Of a stretch of DNA of 64,000 nucleotides, positions 57,969-64,000 are shown in pieces. The notes under the pieces were generated by a model, which worked only from the letters and a program-made list of their open reading frames with translations, did not search any database and was not told where the DNA came from. The stretch is taken from the NCBI GenBank assembly GCA_047975765.1, contig JBKEEF010000012.1:210995-274994 (forward strand). The letters run 5' to 3'. Source of the stretch: Alphaproteobacteria bacterium (GTDB taxonomy: Bacteria > Pseudomonadota > Alphaproteobacteria > RF32 > CAG-239). The first letter of the stretch is position 1, and every line of letters starts with the position of its first letter. The position numbers were made by a program, and so were the translations under genes.

Positions 57969-59393
57969 ATGGCTAAAAAAACACATACGAATATTCTCGC
58001 AACAATTGGACCTGCTTCCGGAACTAAAGAACTTTTGGAAAAACTCCTTGATGCGGGTGCGGATGCTTTCCGCATGAACTTCAGCCACGGAACCCATGCT
58101 GAACACAAAGAAAGATTTCAAACAATTAGAAAACTTGAAAAAGAAAAAGGAAAATACATTTCTATTCTTGCAGACATGCAAGGACCAAAGCTTCGTGTTG
58201 GCAAATTCAGAAATGACAAAGTTCTTCTTAAGGAAGGTCAAGTTTTTACACTTGATATGAATCCTGCCCTTGGTGATGAGATTCGTGTTTGCCTTCCACA
58301 TAAAGAAATCTTCCAAGCACTCCGTGTTGGCGAAGAACTTTTGGTCAATGATGGAAACATTGTTTTGACTGTTGATGAATGCGATGCAAACCATGCAAAA
58401 ACAATTGTCAAAGTTGGTGGATATATTTCAAGTAATAAAGGTGTTAACCTTCCTGACACTCAACTCAATATTTCTGCAATCACTCCAAAAGATGAAGAAG
58501 ATTTGAAATTTGCTCTCAAACTTGGTGTTGATTGGATTGGTCTTTCATTTGTTCAGTCTGCTCAAGATGTTATTGAAGCAAAAAAACTTGTTGATGGGAA
58601 AGCTTCTATCATCTCTAAAATTGAAAAGCCTAGTGCAATTGAAGATTTGGACGGTATTGTTCAAAATTCCGATGCAATTATGATTGCCCGTGGAGATCTA
58701 GGTGTTGAATGTCCAATTCAACAAGTTCCAATGCTTCAAAGAAAAATCATTGCAACTTGCCGCAAATATGGAAAACCAGTCATCGTTGCAACTCAAATGC
58801 TCGAATCGATGATTAATAGCCCAATGCCGACTCGCGCAGAAGTTTCTGACGTTGCTAATGCTGTTTATGAAGGTGTTGACGTGGTTATGCTTTCTGCTGA
58901 AACAGCAGCAGGTAAATATCCAATTGAAGCAGTTCAAATGATGAAAAAAGTTATTTGTGAAGCTGAAGGAGACCCTATGTACTACTCTCACATTGAAGCA
59001 AGCATCAAACGTCCAAGATGTGTTGAAATGGCAGAAGCAATTACTTTTGCAGCAAGCGAAATTGCAAATGTTTTGAACAATGTTGCAGCTATCGTAACTT
59101 ATACAACATCAGGCAAAACAACTTTGGCAACAGCAAGAGAAAGACCTTATCATCCAATCGTTGCAATTACACCTGAAGTGAGTGTTGCACGTAAGATGGC
59201 TCTTGTTTGGGGCACAACTTGTTTTGTTAACAAAGATCCTTTCAAAAGCTTTGATAAGGTCCAAAGCACAGCGATTAAAGTGACAACAGAAAACAACATT
59301 GCGAAATCTGGTGAACATTTAATTATGACAGCAGGAATTCCTTTCAACAAAGCTGGTGTTACAAATATGGTTCAAACAGTTCTCGTACCATAA
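57969..59393 (+). CDS. pyk: Pyruvate kinase
   Basis: ATIGPAS, RMNFSHG, DMQGPKLR, KIEK, IARGDLGVE, ATQMLESM, MLSAETA. Confidence 0.98.
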   Translation: MAKKTHTNILATIGPASGTKELLEKLLDAGADAFRMNFSHGTHAEHKERFQTIRKLEKEKGKYISILADMQGPKLRVGKFRNDKVLLKEGQVFTLDMNPALGDEIRVCLPHKEIFQALRVGEELLVNDGNIVLTVDECDANHAKTIVKVGGYISSNKGVNLPDTQLNISAITPKDEEDLKFALKLGVDWIGLSFVQSAQDVIEAKKLVDGKASIISKIEKPSAIEDLDGIVQNSDAIMIARGDLGVECPIQQVPMLQRKIIATCRKYGKPVIVATQMLESMINSPMPTRAEVSDVANAVYEGVDVVMLSAETAAGKYPIEAVQMMKKVICEAEGDPMYYSHIEASIKRPRCVEMAEAITFAASEIANVLNNVAAIVTYTTSGKTTLATARERPYHPIVAITPEVSVARKMALVWGTTCFVNKDPFKSFDKVQSTAIKVTTENNIAKSGEHLIMTAGIPFNKAGVTNMVQTVLVP

Positions 59394-59407
59394 ATTTTAG
59401 CGAATCG

Positions 59408-59440
59408 AAAAAAGGAACATTGAAAAATGTTCCTTTTTTT
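59408..59440 (+). terminator. Terminator after pyk
   Basis: aaaaggaacatt/aatgttcctttt. Confidence 0.8.
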
Positions 59441-59462
59441 ATGTCTTAAAAAAATAAACAAC

Positions 59463-59494
59463 AAAAAACCCGCTCAAATTAGGCGGGCTTTTTA
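59463..59494 (-). terminator. Terminator after rpmJ
   Basis: aaaaaacccgc/gcgggcttttt. Confidence 0.7.
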
Positions 59495-59522
59495 GTTTTC
59501 TAAATTCATGATATTCAAAAAA

Positions 59523-59648
59523 TTAACCTTGACGAGCTTTAAGCTTAGGGTTCTTTTTGTTGATTACATATACACGACCTTTACGGCGGATAACTTTGCA
59601 ATCTTTATCGCGAACTTTTTTAGATTTCAATGAGCTATAAACTTTCAT
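59523..59648 (-). CDS. rpmJ: 50S ribosomal protein L36, type B (zinc-independent)
   Basis: Hand translation [41 protein letters not shown]; absent from ORF track. Confidence 0.97.
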   Translation of the reverse strand: MKVYSSLKSKKVRDKDCKVIRRKGRVYVINKKNPKLKARQG

Positions 59649-59779
59649 TTTCTTTTCCTTTTTTAATCTTTGCTCGGAAATTATGATAAATATCTCAATT
59701 TGTCAACCCTAATTTTACTTTTATTGAGTAAAAATGTTATATTAGTTTGAAGTATATAATTTATATAAGGTGTAACAAT

Positions 59780-60388
59780 ATGAAAAAAAGGTTTTTGCTC
59801 CTCAGTTTTTTAACTGTTTTTGCGGGTTCTGAAGCACAAGCACAAACAGCTGTTTCCTATATGGACGAAGTTAAGGCCTTGGGCGCAGTTGCTGGACAAG
59901 GCTTGGCTTGTGGTTCCTCAAAGTATGATACCTTTGAAATGCTAGCTCGTGCCATTATGATTACAAAAGCAGCATCCAATTCTGTTCAAGAAAAAGCAAT
60001 GTACACCTATAATGAAGAAAAGGCCAATGCTTATATGTCAAAACAATTTGACGGTTTTTATGGTTGTGATGATATCAACAGCAGATTTAATAGCCAAGAG
60101 ATTTTTCAAGCGACTCTTTATCGTGATGGTACAATCAAAATGCCAGACGGAAAAATTTTCACCCCTCGCCAACCCTATGATGTAACACTTGTTTATGCAA
60201 AAAATGATGCCCAAAAACAGCAAGCTCAAGCAATATATGATGGAAAAAAGGGACAACAAGCGAAAGATGCACAGATTTCTGTTGAAGGAATCGATGCAAA
60301 GAGAACTACTCAGCCGCAAGTATCATCACAAAAAGTTGAACCAGTTTATCAAGAAACTGTTGGGAGAATCAGTAGAAAGAAAAGATAG
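59780..60388 (+). CDS. Secreted hypothetical protein
   Basis: Signal peptide MKKRFLL...AQA from ATG 59780; two Cys. Confidence 0.75.
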   Translation: MKKRFLLLSFLTVFAGSEAQAQTAVSYMDEVKALGAVAGQGLACGSSKYDTFEMLARAIMITKAASNSVQEKAMYTYNEEKANAYMSKQFDGFYGCDDINSRFNSQEIFQATLYRDGTIKMPDGKIFTPRQPYDVTLVYAKNDAQKQQAQAIYDGKKGQQAKDAQISVEGIDAKRTTQPQVSSQKVEPVYQETVGRISRKKR

Positions 60389-60391
60389 TTC

Positions 60392-61144
60392 CTATCTTCT
60401 TTTCTGTATGAAATGTGCTGACAAGAATTGTTGACGGTCTAAATTTTTATCAAGTGCTGAATATATTTTTTCAAAGCTCGCCTTACTTGGACACCAATTG
60501 AGAAAAACACCACCTTTTTCTAGCCTTTTTGTCAATTCGGGTACATCTTTAGAATTATTAGGTTTGCCCTTTTGTTTGATTAATTCCTTAATTTTGTGAG
60601 AATATTCTTTTCTCATATAATTAAGATGCTCACATTTCTCTTGATCATCATTTCTGATATAATCACAAAATTCAGTAATATCTTCAATTGGAAAACCAGA
60701 ACAAACCCCAGAAAGAATTGCCACATAATTATGAATTGTTTTCTTATTTGGAATTTCTTTTAATTCAGGATTGAGCTTTGCCAATTCATCAAAAGCACTT
60801 TCAGCAAATTTGAGGGCTTCTTTTTTTTGAGGAAGAATAAAACTCATAGCCTCTTTTTCTGGAAAAGGAAGATATCCTTTTTCTTCAATTTCAAAAATAC
60901 GGAGAGGTTTAAGATAAGATTCAAACTCAAGCGGTTCAATATCCTGCGGAAACTTATATTGCTGCTGAACTCCTGAAACACCAAGTATATCTTCAACTCT
61001 TTTCACTGGAGAATAGTTTTCATAGCTCACTGACTTTAAAAGACTTTTCAAACCAGACTCAGCAATACTATCACCCGAAACAGCTTCTTGCATTTGAGTG
61101 AGCAAGTTATTACTCGTGTCTTTCAGATAACTTTTATAGGTCAT
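60392..61144 (-). CDS. Hypothetical protein with basic C-terminal tail
   Basis: 250-aa ORF, no signal peptide; SGFPIEDITEF and LNWCPS segments; ends FIQKRR. Confidence 0.75.
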   Translation of the reverse strand: MTYKSYLKDTSNNLLTQMQEAVSGDSIAESGLKSLLKSVSYENYSPVKRVEDILGVSGVQQQYKFPQDIEPLEFESYLKPLRIFEIEEKGYLPFPEKEAMSFILPQKKEALKFAESAFDELAKLNPELKEIPNKKTIHNYVAILSGVCSGFPIEDITEFCDYIRNDDQEKCEHLNYMRKEYSHKIKELIKQKGKPNNSKDVPELTKRLEKGGVFLNWCPSKASFEKIYSALDKNLDRQQFLSAHFIQKRR

Positions 61145-61272
61145 TTGAGGTTCCCGTTGCTAGATATATCAACATTTTATTGTAAAAATTAAAAGATTGC
61201 AAGTTCTAAATTTTTCGCTATACTCCGCAATAGTTCTATTTATTTGTTATTTTATCAGGAGTTTAAAAGAGT

Positions 61273-62952
61273 ATGGCTTCATATCAATATATCTATGTGA
61301 TGCAAAATTTGAGTAAATCTTTCCCAGGAGGAAAAGAGCTTTTTAAGGGGATTACCCTTTCCTTCTTCCCTGGCGCAAAAATTGGTGTACTTGGTGCAAA
61401 CGGTGCTGGTAAATCCACTTTGCTCAAAATTATGGCTGGCGTTGATAAAGAATTCAATGGTGAAGCTTGGCCTGCAGACGGCGTAAAAATGGGCTATTTG
61501 GAACAAGAACCTCAACTAGACCCTACTAAAAACGTCATGGAAAATATTATGGACGGTTTGGGCGAAACAAGAGATTTGCTCAAGAAATTTGAAGAAGTTT
61601 CTATGAAATTTGCTGAACCAATGACTGATGACGAAATGGATGCTCTTTTAAACGAACAAGCTGACCTTCAAGAAAAAATTGATGCGTGCAATGGCTGGGA
61701 TTTGGAAAGAACAATCCAAATCGCTATGGATGCACTTCGTTGCCCTCCTGCTGATGCCGATGTAACAAAACTTTCTGGTGGTGAAAAGAGACGTGTTGCA
61801 CTTTGTCGTTTACTCTTACAAAAACCAGATATGCTCCTTCTTGACGAACCAACAAACCACTTGGACGCAGAATCTGTGGCTTGGCTTGAAAAATATCTAA
61901 AAGATTATTCTGGAACTGTGGTTATGGTTACACACGATAGATATTTCTTGGATAATGTTACAGGCTGGATTTTGGAACTCGACCGTGGGCAAGGTATTCC
62001 TTATGAAGGAAACTATTCTGCTTGGTTGGAACAAAAACAAAAAAGACTAGAACAAGAATCTAGAGAAGAAACTCAACGTCAAAGAACACTCTCAAACGAG
62101 TTGGAATGGATTAGAAAAAACCCTAAAGGACGTCAGGCAAAATCTAAGGCTCGTATCAATGCTTATGATGAATTATTACAAGCTTCAACCAAAGACAAAC
62201 TTGACCATGCTGTGATTAATATCCCGATGACAGAACGTTTGGGTGATTTAGTTATTGAAGCTAAAAACCTCAGCAAAGGTTATGGCGACAAACTTCTCAT
62301 CGACGACCTTTCTTTCAAAGTTCCAAAGGGAGCGATTGTTGGTATTATTGGTCCGAACGGTGCTGGTAAAACAACTTTGTTTAGATTGATTACAGGGCAA
62401 GAACAACCAGATTCTGGTGAAATTGCTATCGGTGATACTGTTGACCTTGGTTATGTTGACCAATCTCGTGATGCTCTCAATGGTGATAAAAATGTTTGGG
62501 AAGAAATTTCTGATGGTTTAGATATTATCAAATTGGGTAAAAAGGAAATGGCTTCTCGTGCCTATGTTGGACAATTTAACTTCCGTGGTGGAGACCAACA
62601 AAAGAAAGTTGGCAACCTCTCTGGTGGTGAAAGAAACCGTGTTCACTTGGCTAAGATGCTCAAAAAGGGTGCAAATGTTATCCTACTCGATGAACCTACA
62701 AACGATTTAGACGTTGATACATTACGTTCTCTTGAAGAAGGTATTATGGAATTTCCAGGTTGCGTTTTCGTAACATCCCACGACCGTTGGTTCTTGGACA
62801 GACTTGCAACACATATTCTTGCCTATGAGGGTGACAGCCAAGTTGTTTGGTTTGAAGGAAACTTTGAAGAATATGAAAAAGATAAAGTTCGTAGACTTGG
62901 AGCAGATGCGGCAAATCCTCATCAAATTAAATATAAAAAACTTGAAAGATAA
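61273..62952 (+). CDS. ettA: Energy-dependent translational throttle protein EttA
   Basis: [59 protein letters not shown]. Confidence 0.96.
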   Translation: MASYQYIYVMQNLSKSFPGGKELFKGITLSFFPGAKIGVLGANGAGKSTLLKIMAGVDKEFNGEAWPADGVKMGYLEQEPQLDPTKNVMENIMDGLGETRDLLKKFEEVSMKFAEPMTDDEMDALLNEQADLQEKIDACNGWDLERTIQIAMDALRCPPADADVTKLSGGEKRRVALCRLLLQKPDMLLLDEPTNHLDAESVAWLEKYLKDYSGTVVMVTHDRYFLDNVTGWILELDRGQGIPYEGNYSAWLEQKQKRLEQESREETQRQRTLSNELEWIRKNPKGRQAKSKARINAYDELLQASTKDKLDHAVINIPMTERLGDLVIEAKNLSKGYGDKLLIDDLSFKVPKGAIVGIIGPNGAGKTTLFRLITGQEQPDSGEIAIGDTVDLGYVDQSRDALNGDKNVWEEISDGLDIIKLGKKEMASRAYVGQFNFRGGDQQKKVGNLSGGERNRVHLAKMLKKGANVILLDEPTNDLDVDTLRSLEEGIMEFPGCVFVTSHDRWFLDRLATHILAYEGDSQVVWFEGNFEEYEKDKVRRLGADAANPHQIKYKKLER

Positions 62953-62956
62953 TCAT

Positions 62957-62989
62957 AAAAAAGCTCTTGTTCAAAACAAGAGCTTTTTT
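62957..62989. terminator. Bidirectional terminator
   Basis: aaaaaagctcttgtt/aacaagagctttttt. Confidence 0.8.
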
Positions 62990-63547
62990 CTAAATTGCTA
63001 AAATTGCAAAGCAGAGTAAGCAGATATACATCACCACACCGCTAAAATATTTACTAGCAACTTTGAAGTCTTGTCCTGAAGGAATAGCATTTTCAATGAT
63101 GATGGTTTGGAGCAAAATATACAAAACATAATTCAATGTTGATGGCGTAATTGTTGGCAAAAAATATCTATTCAGATAAAAAGCAATTGGCAAAAGCAGT
63201 AAAGGAGCCATTGCAGCAGGAACAGCATTATAAAAAGCAATATTTCTGAAACCAACACTGCCCATCACATAGTCACCATTAATATTTTGACGAGGAATAA
63301 CTGTGAAATTACAAGGCTGTGCATTGAACATTCCACCGACCAGAAAGTGCATTAACTCGTGCAAAAAAGTTCCTGGAATATTAACCAACGCACTCATCCA
63401 CATACTGCTATAAGTACTATATTTTAAGCGAACTAAAAAAACGACCAAAAGAATCATCCAAAAACGATTATTGATGAGGATTGAAGCAAACTCTGGTGTG
63501 TTGATATAGTTGATAATTTTATCGTATAATGCCCAGATGATATCCAT
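62990..63547 (-). CDS. Membrane protein with HEXXH motif (M50/zincin-like)
   Basis: PGTFLHELMHFLVG, MGSV, AMAPL, PSGQD. Confidence 0.7.
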   Translation of the reverse strand: MDIIWALYDKIINYINTPEFASILINNRFWMILLVVFLVRLKYSTYSSMWMSALVNIPGTFLHELMHFLVGGMFNAQPCNFTVIPRQNINGDYVMGSVGFRNIAFYNAVPAAMAPLLLLPIAFYLNRYFLPTITPSTLNYVLYILLQTIIIENAIPSGQDFKVASKYFSGVVMYICLLCFAILAI

Positions 63548-63548
63548 T

Positions 63549-63974
63549 TCATAAATCTCCGTTTAGTGTTGAAATTCCTGCTAGATATGTGTTCAATAAA
63601 ATTTTGCAAGCGGTGTTTTTTTTGACATCTCTAAATTTTTCAAATAAATCATCCGTCAAGAATGGACTCATTGAGAACAATGCAAGCCACAAAACCTTTT
63701 TCAAAACTTTTTGTTCTCTCACTTTAACACGTCCACAAATGAGGGAAAAATCTTCAAAAAACAGTTTCATTAATTTCACAATTTTGCGAACATACTCATC
63801 TGGCAAGCGATCTGTTCTTTTCTTCAAATGAAAATCATAGAATAAAAACCAAAGGTTGGCATTTTCACCGACAAATTCAACAAACTTTTCCATATATCTA
63901 TTGATATTTTCATAAGGATTTAAGTTTTTTTCAACTCTGGAAAGAAATAGGAACACATCATCAAGAGTCAACAT
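63549..63974 (-). CDS. Hypothetical protein
   Basis: 141-aa ORF ending one base before the next ATG. Confidence 0.6.
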   Translation of the reverse strand: MLTLDDVFLFLSRVEKNLNPYENINRYMEKFVEFVGENANLWFLFYDFHLKKRTDRLPDEYVRKIVKLMKLFFEDFSLICGRVKVREQKVLKKVLWLALFSMSPFLTDDLFEKFRDVKKNTACKILLNTYLAGISTLNGDL

Positions 63975-64000
63975 ATTTTGAACAATGATATAATTGTCCA

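Noticed and set aside
1101-63831. Numerous short antisense or alternate-frame ORFs in the track (e.g. 3427-3915, 5547-6179, 31344-31772, 39618-40058, 49334-49939)
   Set aside because: They lie within well-supported genes, lack SD or motifs, and reflect codon bias (few stops on the opposite strand).
1-64000. CRISPR array, IS/transposase, integrase, prophage or rRNA
   Set aside because: No regularly spaced direct repeats, no DDE or tyrosine-recombinase motifs, no phage structural genes and no rRNA-like sequence seen by eye.
1-64000. Alternative genetic code or programmed frameshift
   Set aside because: All recognisable genes are full length under code 11 and end at TAA, TAG or TGA; no split homologs seen.

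Overview
64 kb of AT-rich chromosomal DNA from an alphaproteobacterium. Gene content (pal-cpoB-tilS, fliQ-fliR-flhB-cckA, mipZ, hdaA, gapR, three-gene pntAA-pntAB-pntB, type B rpmJ) and a tRNA-His with G-1:C73 point to a Rhodospirillales-like, probably anaerobic and host/gut-associated uncultured lineage (inference). The backbone is housekeeping: ppdK, fba, pgm, pyk, lepA, dnaJ, ettA, a second ABC-F, MacAB-TolC, an RND pump and a chromate-transporter pair. No CRISPR array, transposase, integrase or rRNA was seen. Four accessory signals stand out. (1) Nine or so orphan genes lack a Shine-Dalgarno site and share a TTAAAATTWT-like element at about -16..-7; they include an 8-strand-type beta-barrel, a ~1000-aa repeat lipoprotein and lipoproteins with Bacteroidota-style signals. 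(2) An AT-rich cassette beside tRNA-His encodes a peptidoglycan-binding protein with a serum-amyloid-A-like C-terminal domain and two candidate immunity proteins, preceded by a putative two-hairpin sRNA. (3) A membrane-anchored GH108 lysozyme-like protein is divergent from an MliC lysozyme inhibitor. (4) Scattered orphans, including an HEXXH metallopeptidase, end in basic tails resembling type IV secretion signals. All family assignments come from motif recognition by eye; no database search was run.
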